Origin: Octopus bimaculoides
Taxonomy: Eukaryota
Length of the DNA stretch: 64,000 nt
NCBI RefSeq assembly: GCF_001194135.2
Contig: NC_069002.1
Coordinates: forward strand, 27,708,646-27,772,645
Reading direction: 5' to 3'
Positions within the stretch are counted from its first letter, which is position 1; every line of letters begins with the position of its first letter. This document shows positions 1 to 13,553 of this stretch, piece by piece. Under the pieces are notes generated by a model. It was not told the origin of the DNA. It did no database searches and worked only from the letters and a program-made list of their open reading frames with translations. Both the position numbers and the translations under genes were made by a program.

Positions 1-554
1 ATATATATATATATATATATATATATAAATGTATTTGCGTGTGTGTATAGTTTAGGTTAGTTAAAGCATGTTTGCAATAATAAGTGTCGCATGGTGGAAA
101 TAAACGCAATTACCAAACTTTCATTCATAAATCCATTTATTATTTCATTCTTTTGTATTTCAATTTGTACATTAAGGTTCTTTGAATATGTATGATGCAT
201 TTTAAGGTTAAATAGTAATTCCGTTTCTGTAACTAAGATATTTTGGTTGGATTATATAGCCATTGCTATTACATTACTTTCTATATTCTGTAACTGTCAC
301 AATATACTTTTCTAGGCCCAAATTTCTTGTGGGGAGGGGGCCAGTTGATTAGATCGACCCCAGTACACAACTGATAATTTATTGACCCCGAAAGGACGAA
401 AAGCAAAGTCAATCTTGGCAGAATTTGAACTCAGAACATAAAGGCAGACGGTCATAATATACAAACAGTACACTGTTTACAGATGCTTACATTTTTTACT
501 TCGTTTTTGGATTTGGTTTGCAAGATTCTTTATGTGAGTTCGTGTGTTGAAGCA

Positions 555-824
555 TATTCTGTTGTGTCTGGAGAGTCATTCTCTTTTGGTGCCTTATAAT
601 TTAACACACTCACCGGTAAAATTTCCACTTATTTCTTTTTTATTTTTCTAAAATTTTCATTGTCTCTTGCAACCTTTTCAATCCTAGTCAAAACTATTGA
701 AAAGGTTGCAAGATGCAACGAAAATTTTAGAAAAGTAAAAAGAAATACGTGGAAATTTTACCGGTGAGTGTGTTAAATCATCAGGCAATAAAAGAAAATG
801 ATTTTCCCCAGACACAACAGAATA
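555..824. repeat. fold-back (palindromic MITE-like) element
   Basis: ~128-bp inverted arms with a perfect core atttaacacactcaccggtaaaatttccac; 13-nt spacer. Confidence 0.85.
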
Positions 825-1980
825 CATTTTTTTTTGCTTTCCATGAATTTTTCATGGGTTCAGCTAGTTAATCGTTAATTGCTGAAGAAGTATTTATCAA
901 TCAATAATTTTACTAATAAGATGAATGGCTGATTCAGCCATGCAGACCTATGTTTGGTGTTGGATTTAGCTGTGCCTACCTCCACCAGCAAGCAGAGATG
1001 CTTCACTGTTGCCCTCTATATGCTATATATCTGTTCTAATATTATTTCAACTTATTTCCTGATTCTTGTAAATTTGTTTACATTTCCCCTTTAGGACAAA
1101 TCTCAGTGAATGCACAAATGATGTCTGGCAAGCATCAGTAAATAACTGGTATGCTGACATCCATAAACAAAGGCTTGAGCTCTTGTTAGACTCATCACTC
1201 CAGTGGAATAGCTTTGAGTGAGGAGACACAATAAAGTCAAAAGACTGCAGTATCTTAAAGTACCCTTGCACCTGTGAAGCAGTGAATCACATGTATTGTG
1301 AAGCAGTGAATCACATGTATTATGAACACACATTGTCTAAAAGGAGGTGTTCTCTAATGATGAAAAACAATAGCCATAAGATATTCATGTCTAAATCTGC
1401 CAGGACTTATTAAGAATTGAAATGTTATTGTTTGGATTCTTGCTGATCTGCATGCTCCCAATAAATTGCTCTTTCTCTCATATATGTATAACATACTAAA
1501 CCATTAAGTATTATGTAAAATTATCATAACCCTTTAGTGTTTAAACCAGCCACATCTGGCCCAAATACTCTATATGTTTTATATTCAAACCAGCCATTTC
1601 TAGCCTCTCATACCTAACCTACATTGACAGTGTAAAAATAAACAATCACATCACTGAAACGTCAAAGTTATAAGATAATGCATGATTAATGCAAAACAAT
1701 TTGTGTGAAAAAGCATTGCATTTAATAAAGTAATCTGAACAGTATAGGGTTAAAACAGCGAGCTGGCAGAATCGTTAGCACGCCAGGCGAAATATCACTA
1801 AACATTTCACCCAGCGCTACATTCTGAGTTCAAATTCCACTGAGGTTGACTTTGCCTTTCATTCTTTCAGGGTCAACAAAATAAGTACCAGGTATGCACT
1901 GGGATCGATGTAACTGATTATTTCCTTCTCTCAAAATTTCAGGCCTTGTGCCTATAGCAGAAAAGATTATGTGAAATTAC

Positions 1981-2073
1981 CTTGATGATAAAATTTCCTG
2001 AAGCAAGTGATGGGTGCAAAACCAAATGATCAGCAACAGAGCCATTGCTGGTGAATGTAAGAACATGGCAATC
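1981..2073 (-). CDS. UBR4: UBR4 exon ([31 protein letters not shown])
   Basis: ctatag| and |gtaatt; 93 nt, phase 0 to 0; matches [31 protein letters not shown]. Confidence 0.98.
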
Positions 2074-2192
2074 CTATAGACAAAGAGAAGAAATGGAATT
2101 CAACAACAAATATAAAGAGAAACAAAAAATAAAAGTAAGAAGTATTTGAAAAAGAGAAAATTTAAATACAGGGCACTGAAAGTAAACTTAGA

Positions 2193-2227
<35 letters not shown>

Positions 2228-5200
2228 NNNNNNNNNNNNNNNNNNNNNNNNNNNNNNNNNNNNNNNNNNNNNNNNNNNNNNNNNNNNNNNNNNNNNNNNN
2301 NNNNNNNNNNNNNNNNNNNNNNNNNNNNNNNNNNNNNNNNNNNNNNNNNNNNNNNNNNNNNNNNNNNNNNNNNNNNNNNNNNNNNNNNNNNNNNNNNNNN
2401 NNNNNNNNNNNNNNNNNNNNNNNNNNNNNNNNNNNNNNNNNNNNNNNNNNNNNNNNNNNNNNNNNNNNNNNNNNNNNNNNNNNNNNNNNNNNNNNNNNNN
2501 NNNNNNNNNNNNNNNNNNNNNNNNNNNNNNNNNNNNNNNNNNNNNNNNNNNNNNNNNNNNNNNNNNNNNNNNNNNNNNNNNNNNNNNNNNNNNNNNNNNN
2601 NNNNNNNNNNNNNNNNNNNNNNNNNNNNNNNNNNNNNNNNNNNNNNNNNNNNNNNNNNNNNNNNNNNNNNNNNNNNNNNNNNNNNNNNNNNNNNNNNNNN
2701 NNNNNNNNNNNNNNNNNNNNNNNNNNNNNNNNNNNNNNNNNNNNNNNNNNNNNNNNNNNNNNNNNNNNNNNNNNNNNNNNNNNNNNNNNNNNNNNNNNNN
2801 NNNNNNNNNNNNNNNNNNNNNNNNNNNNNNNNNNNNNNNNNNNNNNNNNNNNNNNNNNNNNNNNNNNNNNNNNNNNNNNNNNNNNNNNNNNNNNNNNNNN
2901 NNNNNNNNNNNNNNNNNNNNNNNNNNNNNNNNNNNNNNNNNNNNNNNNNNNNNNNNNNNNNNNNNNNNNNNNNNNNNNNNNNNNNNNNNNNNNNNNNNNN
3001 NNNNNNNNNNNNNNNNNNNNNNNNNNNNNNNNNNNNNNNNNNNNNNNNNNNNNNNNNNNNNNNNNNNNNNNNNTAGCAAATCACAGAATATAATAAAAGA
3101 ACTTAATAAAGATTATCAAGACGAAATGAAATAAAAAGAGGAAATTTAAGATTTAAAAAAAAAAAAAAAAAAAGAATTAAAAATTTTTTTTTTAAATGAA
3201 ACTTAAAGCATATTCATATTGAAATCTATGAAGCACATGATTGAGATGAGCAGATTGTAGGCTGCAAACACCTCCAGTGGAATTATAACATGCACTCAAC
3301 AAATGGCAACTGAGATGCCATTCCAGAAAAACTTGGCATTAGTGATAATGCAGAAAGCATGACTGCTACAATCGACAAACGTCAACACAAATCTGTAATG
3401 AACAGAGCACAATTGGCAATACAAAATAGCTAGCAATGACCAGAAGTCGCTTAACCCAATAGACAATAAAATAAAATACTAAAAGGTTTGGGGAGGGGGT
3501 GTAAATCTAGATTTTGAACCACTTTAAAAATGTAATTAAAAAATTTTTTTTTTATCAGACTTATAAAAATATGGTTTAAATCATTAGCCTAATTTAAGAT
3601 ATTGCTTAATCAATGAGTCTGATTTCTTTTGTTTTGTATTTTACAGGAATGGTTAAGGAAAAAAAAAGAAGTTTTTAATTTCTGACTATGTGTGTAATTC
3701 TTCTTGAGCTCAGCAGTTCACAAAATGACAAGTACTAGCCCCCCCCCCCATACTACCCCCCATACATACACAGATACACAAAATCTGTAAAGATTTTTGT
3801 TCTCTGCCTCCATAATAATAATAAGCTTCATCATCATCACTGTTTTTTAACATCCACTTTTCCATGCTTGCATGGGTCAGATGGAATTAAGGCAGATTTT
3901 CTATAGCTTGATGCTCTTCCTTTCACTAACCCTCACCTGTTTTCAAACAAGTTCATATTTCCTCATTGCTAGACAAGTTTTTCACAGAAGTCGAGAAACA
4001 AACATAGCTTGTATGATGATGATGATGATGATGATGTACATGTCCACCCATCACATAATGTCGAGGTAAGAGCAAACACAAAAGATCTTTGTTTTCTTCC
4101 AACCACAAATTTCCATTTGAAAATTTTCAGAAAATATACTTTTGATACAGTTTTGCATGCTAATGACGAGCATCACATTCATTATCTTGGAGAATTTATA
4201 ATAAAGAAGATAGAAGCATTTAAAATTGTGTTTTAAGCCAAAATGAATGCGATATTCGTCATCAGCATGCAAAACTACATCTGTGTAGAAAATATTTAGA
4301 AATAATCCATTGAGAATTGCAAAAAAAAATCTTCAGTTGGTTGGAAGAAAACGAAAAAGATCCAACATAAACACACATATACAACAGGTTTCCTTGAGTT
4401 TTCATCTATCAAATTAGCTTCCATGGCCTTGGTCGGCCCAAAGCCATAACAGAAGACACTTGTCCAAGGTGATGCGCAGTGGAACCGAACCCAAAACCAC
4501 ATTTAAGAAGCTTGCTTCAGAACAACATGGTTTTTAGTTCGGTACCATTGTGGAGGAACTTAGGCAAGGTCTTCTACTATAATCCGAGGACAACCAAAGC
4601 CTTGTGAAAGGATCTCGTACATGGAAATCGAAAGAAGTCCATCATTATATATATATATATATATATATATNNNNNNNNNNNNNNNNNNNNNNNNNNNNNN
4701 NNNNNNNNNNNNNNNNNNNNNNNNNNNNNNNNNNNNNNNNNNNNNNNNNNNNNNNNNNNNNNNNNNNNNNNNNNNNNNNNNNNNNNNNNNNNNNNNNNNN
4801 NNNNNNNNNNNNNNNNNNNNNNNNNNNNNNNNNNNATATATATGCGCATGTGTGTGTTCATATTTATGTTCATGTCTCCTTACCTGGCCATCATGCCAAA
4901 TAATTGCTTCACCACAGTAGTGGTTTCTATTCGGAATAGAAACCCACATGCACTTTTCAAATTGGTAAAACAACAATTTCTTTAATCAAAGACCTGTAAT
5001 TCATAATAAACCAAACTTTCACAGATTCACATCAGAGTTACTACTAGCTAATCACTGCAAGCCAAACTGAACCAATACACTGGTTCTCCTCTCGCACACA
5101 CCATGCCTATTTCTCTCACTTCCAACCAACCAAACTCTGGTTAAATAACCACTTCACTATTCCTACCTAGAAATGCAGTCCTCTGGAACTCCATGCTCAG

Positions 5201-6790
5201 GTCTTCACAGAGAAGCTCAAACCAAATGTTAATAGTGTCAACATCAGTCTATGAGGACCATCAAAGATGGCAAGTGTAGAGATACTGCAACTCCTCCAAC
5301 ATGATTAGAGGTGGGGAGGGCAAAACTAAAAAACTTGAACAGTAAGTAGGGTCTTTAATCTTCTCTGTAGAAATGAGAACATTCTGCTACAATCTATTAA
5401 TCCTTTAACCCTTCAGCATTCAGATTACTGTCAAACGTAATGCTTATTTATTCACATTGTTTCCAATTAATCGTGTATTATTTCCTAGTTATTATTTCGA
5501 TGGTGTGACTGTTTATTTTTAGAATGAAATTGCATAGTAGGAGTGAGAGACTGCATCTGACCAGAATGAACATGAAGCTGGTTGGATATTTGGGCTGGAC
5601 ACGGCCAGTTTATATGTTAAAGGGTTAACATTGAGAAACTAAACAACTATTTTCATTGCTTAGACTAAAAAGGCGGAAAAGTAGCAGTTTAATTAGTTTA
5701 TAGGTGACAATTTCCAAATGAATAATTAAACCAATAATTGTAAATTTATTGACTACTTTTTTATGTATTAATAAAAGAATTGAAATTTATTTCCTTTATT
5801 CTTCAATTTATAACAACAAGAGGAGTAGGGGTGGGGAATGCACAATTTCAATTCAAATCTGATTTTACTTTATAGGTAATTTAATCTACCCTTTATTTCA
5901 TGTGACAGCAGATATGAGCGACTTAAGCAAATATTTATATTATTTCTAATATTTAGAGAGAAAACACTGCATATCTCATCATTTAGAACAGAAATTTAAA
6001 AAGCCAATGATGAAAAAAATAAATATCCAGAACATCACTCACATAAAATATCTTTAAAAGCAAAAATTTAATTCATAATCTATCCAAATAGAAGTATACC
6101 AGAGATGAACTTGCCAGGCAAATATTTTGATCCGAGACCATGTGTTAAACAATTACTGCATGGGAGACACATATTTGAAATTCAAAAACACAGACACTTA
6201 GCTTCGCTTAAACCTTTATTAGTTGATGTTAATATTTTCAGTGCACCAACTGCAACCTGGTCACTGACACAGATCCACTGCAGTAGGACTATGTCAGTGA
6301 CCAGGTCCAAAACGGTATAATGAACAGTTCCATACCTAATAATAAAATGTTTATGTGAAGTTAAAAGTCTTTGTGTATTTTTGAATGACTAACAAGTGTC
6401 TTCCATGCTGTAAGTGAAGTGGAATAGTCAAGACTCAATTAGAAAACCTAATTAGAAAATAATTAGTTAAAACATTGCAACAGTGAAGAAGTGCTCCTTT
6501 GTTGATAGCAAACAAACGATATCCAAGTGCATTGAAAAACAAACTTATGAGAAATGAGAAGAAACGCTTAAAGACTGCAGCTGCTTCTAACGAGATATGT
6601 AAATAATTGTAATATTGTCATTGAGGCAAAGACATATATAAATAATCTGTCAGATGTGATGACCTTCACATTACTTTTTATGAGCAAGAGCTTGACCGGT
6701 CAAAAGCAAATATAAACAGACAAAAAGAAAAGCTGGAAGTCAACACACACACACACACAGAGTCCCTCTCTAGTTCTCTTTCTCTGTCTC

Positions 6791-6851
<61 letters not shown>

Positions 6852-9800
6852 TATTTGCATCATGTACAGAAGAGATCTGGCTGTGTAGTAAGAAGCTTGG
6901 TTACCAACCACATGGTTCTGGGTTCAGTCCTACTGCATGACACCTTGGGCAAGTGTCTTCTACTATAGCCTCGGGCCAACCAAAGCCTTGTGAGTGAATT
7001 ACGTAGAGAGAAACTGAAAGAAGCCTTGTGTGCATGTGTGTGTTTGTCCCCCCCCCCCACCATTGCTTGACAACTGATGTTGGTGTGTTTATGTCCCTAT
7101 AACTTAGCAGTTTGGCAAAAGAGACCCATAGGATAAGTACTAGGCTAACAAAGAATAAGTCCTGAAGTCAATTTCTTCAACTAAAAAAGCCTTTAAGGCG
7201 GTGTTCCATCATAGCTGCAGTCAAATGATTGAAACGTGTAACAGAATAAAAGAATTAATACGTCTAGACCAGTTCAAATGCAAAATATGCTAGTCACAGT
7301 AGTGTATGTTGAAGGACAAAAACATCTCTCTCTAATGATGACAGTGTGTTCAACACACCAGACTTATTGGCACAGAGGGTCCTGGGACACTGGTGTTCCA
7401 ACATGTGTCACATCAGCTAGAAGTAACCTAGGCCTTTGAGTCTAGCCAAGCAGCTAGCCTTTGTTTATGCTTCCTACAACCAAAATGTTTGCTGATCAGT
7501 GCTTATCCGTTAACTGATATAGAATCATTAGTTGCACTTTGTAAAGCGAGAACATAATCATCATCATTTAACATCCATTTTCCATACTGGAATGGGTTGG
7601 ACGGTTTGACTGAAAACTGGTAAGCTGCACCAGGTTCCAATCTGATTTGGAATGGTTTCTGTAGCTAGATGCCCTTCCTAACACCAACCACTCCAAGAGT
7701 GTAGTGGGTGCTTTTGCATGGCAATGGCACAAGTACCAGTTACGTAACACTAGCATCAGCCACAACTACAAACCTCACTTGGCTTGACGGGTCTTTTCAA
7801 GCACGGTATTTTGCCAAAGATCTCAGTCACTTGTCACTGGCCCCGTCATTCAGGCAGATTCAAACGCAAAATATGCTAGTATACACATAGGGAGACCTAC
7901 ATATACATATATGCTTTATGAGTGTGTATGTATATATACACATAAACATATACAAAAAACATTTTCCATTATATAAACACGTTTTGTAAACACATTTTAC
8001 AAGTGTGTTACATATTTAATATTTGTACAGCATTTATATAAAAATACACATTACACACACACACACACCATTCATTCCTTAAGTTTTACTTTTTTCATTC
8101 TACTTGCCTTCTAAAACTGGTGGACAATTTTGTCGAGGAGTAATGTGAATAACCTTTGCTGTGTGTGTAGCTTAGCACCTCCTCATGCAAAGCACAAAAT
8201 GTAAACACACACACACACACACACACATAATTGGGCTTCCCTACAGTTTCAGTCTTACCTAAGAAATATGGTCACCATAATAGAAAAACAAGGTATGTGT
8301 GTAGAAAATAGCTATTTCTGATTCTCTTTACTCTTTTATTTGTTTTAGTCATTTGACTGTAGCCATGCTGGAGCATTGCCTTTAGTCAAGCAAATCGACC
8401 CCAGGACTTATTCTTTGTAAGTCTAGTACTTATTCTATCGATCTCTTTTGCCAAACCGCTAAGTTACGGGGACGTAAACACACCAGCATCGGTTGTCAAG
8501 CGATGTTTGGAGGACAAACAGACACACAAACATATACACACACATACACATATATATACATATATACGACGGGCTTCTTTCAGTTTCCATCTATCAAATC
8601 CACTCACAAGGCTTTGGTCGGCTCGAGGCTATAGTAGAAGACACTTGCCCAAGGTGCCACGCAGTGGGACTGAACCTGGAACCATGTGATTCGTAAGCAA
8701 GCTAGTTACCACACAGCCACTCCTACGGCTATTCTGTATCATTTTAAATTCACTTCCTTCCCAAAACAGCTGAAATCAAGTTGTCTTTCACTTAGGTATC
8801 AACACCTTGATCTGTTACCTTGGCATAAGGTTCTTTCTAGAATACAAGTAGAAGGCCTGAAATTTTGATTTGGGGGTGGGTGGGTTAATAGTCGATTACA
8901 TCAACCCCACTACCTGACAGGTACTTATTTTATTGACCCTGAAAGGATGAAAAGCAAAACCAAACTCAGCGGGATGTGAACTCAGGATCTTAAAGCCAGA
9001 AGAAATGCTGCTCAACATTCTGTCTGCTGTCCTAACGATTAGGCCAACTTGCCATCGTTATCTTGGCATTAAAATGGGAGGAAGTTCAGCATACAATATG
9101 GATTAATAAATCCGGAACATGTAAGGAAATTACAGAGGTAAGGGCATTGATTAAATGGAGAAAGGGGATTAGCAAACTGAAGGTGTGTAATTTACTTTGT
9201 ACATGTAACATCTGAAATGTTTTTCTGTTATTCTTTTCCTTGTTTCAGTCATTTGACTGTGGCCATGCTGGAGCACCGCCTTTAGTCAAGCTAATCGACC
9301 CCAGGACTTATTATTTGTAAGCCTAGTACTTATTCTATTGATCTCTTTTGCCAAACTGCTAAACTACGGGGACATAAACACACCAGCATTGGTTGTCAAG
9401 CCATGTTGGGAGGACAAATACAGACACACACACACATATATATATACACACACACACAACGGGCTTCTTTCAGTTTCCGTCTACCAAATCCACTCAGAAG
9501 GTTTTGGTCGGCCCGAGGCTATAGTAGAAGACACTTACCCAAGGTGCCATACAGTGGGACTGAACCCGGAACCGTGTGGTTGGTAAGCAAGCTACTTACC
9601 ACACAGCCACTCCTGTGCCTATGTTCGTTAATTATTTATTCTCAACTTTCATCATTATCATTTTTTAATGTTCACTTTCCCAGGTTTGTACGGGAATGAA
9701 GGTTACTTCTACAGTTAGATGTCCCTCCTGTTTCCAAGCAAGATAATATTCCCCCATGGCCTGACATGTTTTTGCAGACTATTAGACATGTATGACAATG

Positions 9801-12800
9801 ACACTCCTTTACAACTACCATGTGATGTCAGAACAAGGAAATCCACTCACACATATATGACAGGTTGTTTCCACTGAAGAGGCTGCATTTGACTCAAGAG
9901 TTATAGTAGAAGACACCTGCCTAAAGTGCCACATGGTGGGACTGAATCCAGAACCATGTGGTTCAGTGATAAATTTCTAAACCACACACTCACATCTGTG
10001 CCTCCTATATATCATACTAGCAGAGGCACCCGGCGTTGCTCGGGAATGAAATTTTTGCTTATATACTTGAAGAAAAAAAGGCAAAATATGCTGTATAGAA
10101 ATTTGAGGACATTCTGTAGATGGACTCTCAGATGTATGATGGCTGGGCGCCTCTCATGAATGGGGAAAATTGAAGATGTGCCAAAAAGCCTCATTGGTAC
10201 TTGGAAACTTTTACGAAAATTAAAATGGGGATCGTTGCCAGTGCCCATGGGCTGGCTCGTGTGCGGGNNNNNNNNNNNNNNNNNNNNNNNNNNNNNNNNN
10301 NNNNNNNNNNNNNNNNNNNNNNNNNNNNNNNNNNNNNNNNNNNNNNNNNNNNNNNNNNNNNNNNNNNNNNNNNNNNNNNNNNNNNNNNNNNNNNNNNNNN
10401 NNNNNNNNNNNNNNNNNNNNNNNNNNNNNNNNNNNNNNNNNNNNNNNNNNNNNNNNNNNNNNNNNNNNNNNNNNNNNNNNNNNNNNNNNNNNNNNNNNNN
10501 NNNNNNNNNNNNNNNNNNNNNNNNNNNNNNNNNNNNNNNNNNNNNNNNNNNNNNNNNNNNNNNNNNNNNNNNNNNNNNNNNNNNNNNNNNNNNNNNNNNN
10601 NNNNNNNNNNNNNNNNNNNNNNNNNNNNNNNNNNNNNNNNNNNNNNNNNNNNNNNNNNNNNNNNNNNNNNNNNNNNNNNNNNNNNNNNNNNNNNNNNNNN
10701 NNNNNNNNNNNNNNNNNNNNNNNNNNNNNNNNNNNNNNNNNNNNNNNNNNNNNNNNNNNNNNNNNNNNNNNNNNNNNNNNNNNNNNNNNNNNNNNNNNNN
10801 NNNNNNNNNNNNNNNNNNNNNNNNNNNNNNNNNNNNNNNNNNNNNNNNNNNNNNNNNNNNNNNNNNNNNNNNNNNNNNNNNNNNNNNNNNNNNNNNNNNN
10901 NNNNNNNNNNNNNNNNNNNNNNNNNNNNNNNNNNNNNNNNNNNNNNNNNNNNNNNNNNNNNNNNNNNNNNNNNNNNNNNNNNNNNNNNNNNNAGACAGAG
11001 TGAGAGAGCGGTGTGTATGTAGTATTTACTCTCTCTCTCTCTCATACACACTCACACACACACTCACACACAAAATAGAAAGTGAAGCTTTTTGCGGTTT
11101 GTTACGTCAATACCGGAAGTTGACATTGAGGAACCTTTTTAAAGAAGTGAATCTTAAATATAAAGCAATATTATTTCATTTTAATTTAAAAAAAATCAAA
11201 TGAAGAGCCTAAGATTTATCCGAGGTCAAATTATTCATGCATTACAAGTATGGAAGCATTTGGTGAAGTCGATTTCACGTGAAAAGCGATTACACACACA
11301 TCTCTGTTTTATATATAGTATAGATATAACAATTTATATTGGGTCATCCCATAAATAATGCGGTTTTATACAATTGCATGAACTAAAAGTCGGAGGGGGA
11401 CAGGATAAACTACCTGCATCAACTTGCTATAAAAGCAAGGAGTAATTTTACCATGTTCTTATTCTTAGTGCAAGTTTTGAAGAGTGCAGTTTGATTTTAA
11501 CAGTTATTTTTTCAAAGCTGTAATGGAAATGACAAAGGAGCATATTCGGCATATTTTGCTTTATGAGTTCAATAAAGGCATCAATGCAACGCAAAGTGCA
11601 AGGAATATTAATGCAGTATATGGGGTTCCAGAAATTCCGAGACAGAAACTACAGCCTAGAAGGCCAGCCTCATCCTGGAAGATCTGTAGAGCTCAACAAG
11701 GAAGTCCTGCAAACCCTGGGGGAACAAAATCCCATCGTAGCTGTTGAGGAACTAACAGACAAGCTTGGATTTGGTCATTCAACCATTCATTGACACCTGC
11801 ATGCCATTGGAAAAGTCAGCAAATTGGGTTAATGGGTTCCTCACAAACTTTCTGAGTCTAATCATGCACAGAGAGTGAATGTGTGCTCTTCTTTGCTGTC
11901 ACGTGTCACGAATGAACCTTTTTTGGACTGAATAGTGACAGGTGATGAGAAATGGGTTCTCTATAAAAATATCAGACGTCAAAGAGAGTGGGTAGGGAAA
12001 GGAGAAACACTGGCACACCAGGCTAAAGAAGATCTTCACCCATGTAAGGTGGTGTTATCTGTTTGGTGGGATATGAAAGGTTTAGTCCACTTTGAACTTT
12101 TAAATCCAAGCCAAACGATAACAACGGAGATCTAGTGCAAGCAACTTGAGTGGCTTAAGTCAGTGCTAGAAGAAAAACAGCCATCATTGGTTTCAAGATG
12201 AAAGGTGTTCTTCCATCAGGATAATGCTCGGCCACATACAGCGAGGATGACATTTCAAATGCCAGAGTAGTTTGAATGGTAAACGATGCCCACCCACCAT
12301 ATTTGCCAGACACTGCCCCATCTGATTAGCATTTATTCCACAGTCTTCAAAATCACTTGGAAGGAAAAAAATATGAATTCTGTAGACGAGGTCAGAACAG
12401 TACGAGAGGAGTATTTTTCACCATGGACAAGTGAATTTTGGAAGAGGGGCCCTGCAAATCTACCAGACAGATGGAAGAGCATTGTGGAAAATGAAGGGGA
12501 GTATATTTTAGATTAAAAAAGAACTTATTTTAATTTTGAAAAATAAAAGTAAAAAAAACACATTATTTATGGGATGACCCAATACATAACACAAATAATG
12601 AAAAATGCATACGTTATTTAATGCTATTGCTTTTTTTTTTTTTCTTTCATTATCATTTAACATCCATTTTTCCAAGTTTACATGAGTCTGAGGGAATTTG
12701 TTGAAGCAGATTTTCTATGGCTGGATGTCCTTTCTGTAGCCAACCCTCACTTCCTATTATTTCCAAGCAAGATAATATTTCCCTATGACCAGACATGTTT

Positions 12801-13510
12801 TTCACAGAAGACTGGAAGCAAGGTAGTATTTTCTCTTAGCTAGACAGGAAGATTCTAGATTGCATAGCTATGCCTGTGCCTGAAGGCACCTAATTAAAAA
12901 AAAAAAAAGGATCCCATTCCAATTAGTTAATGTATTACTAGCTTACACAGAGAGAACAATTAGAAGCGCAAGATTCTTTCTTAAAATGTGTAATCATGCA
13001 TGCAACCACATATTAGTAAAGACAAAGAACTTACAAGAATATAAGCCCAATATTTTTTAATAATTCACTTCGAAAGTGTATCAATACTGCTGACAAATTC
13101 AAAAGCTTCCTTCAACATAAAAAAAACCTTGTAATGGAGTGATTTCTATGATTACAAACATACAAAAACTAACGTGATCACACACAGGATCATAAATGAA
13201 CGCCCTGACCACAATGCTTCAGTCAGAGTTTTTATACAGAAAATCAAACACTATCTAACAATGTGTTAAAACTGATATCACCACCATCATTTAATGCTGG
13301 TATGGGTTGGACAGTCTGACAAGAACCAACTGCACCAAGCTCCAAGGTCTGCTTTAGCAAGGGCATCGAAGGTCATGCTAACACTAATCACTTTACAAAG
13401 TGTATGGGGTGCTTTTGTTTTTTTTGTGACACCAGCACTAATGAGGTCATCAAGTATATGTAAGACAAAACCCCTTAATTGAGTGAGCATAGTGTTAAAT
13501 GAGGTGAAAG

Positions 13511-13553
<43 letters not shown>

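Noticed and set aside
841-945. Three small palindromes (ccatgaa/ttcatgg, ttcagc/gctgaa, atggctga/tcagccat)
   Set aside because: Stems of 7-12 bp are common in AT-rich DNA, with no recognisable ncRNA motif.
1271-1322. 24-bp direct tandem duplication tgtgaagcagtgaatcacatgtat
   Set aside because: Only two units with no spacers: local slippage, not a CRISPR-like array.
2162-3084. Long ORFs in the supplied track spanning N runs (also 10160-11203, 25689-26593, 30722-31676, 32042-32656, 49357-50580)
   Set aside because: They are open only because N codons contain no stops.
4923-4945. 11-bp near-perfect palindrome ggtttctattc-g-gaatagaaacc
   Set aside because: Too short and isolated to support a function.
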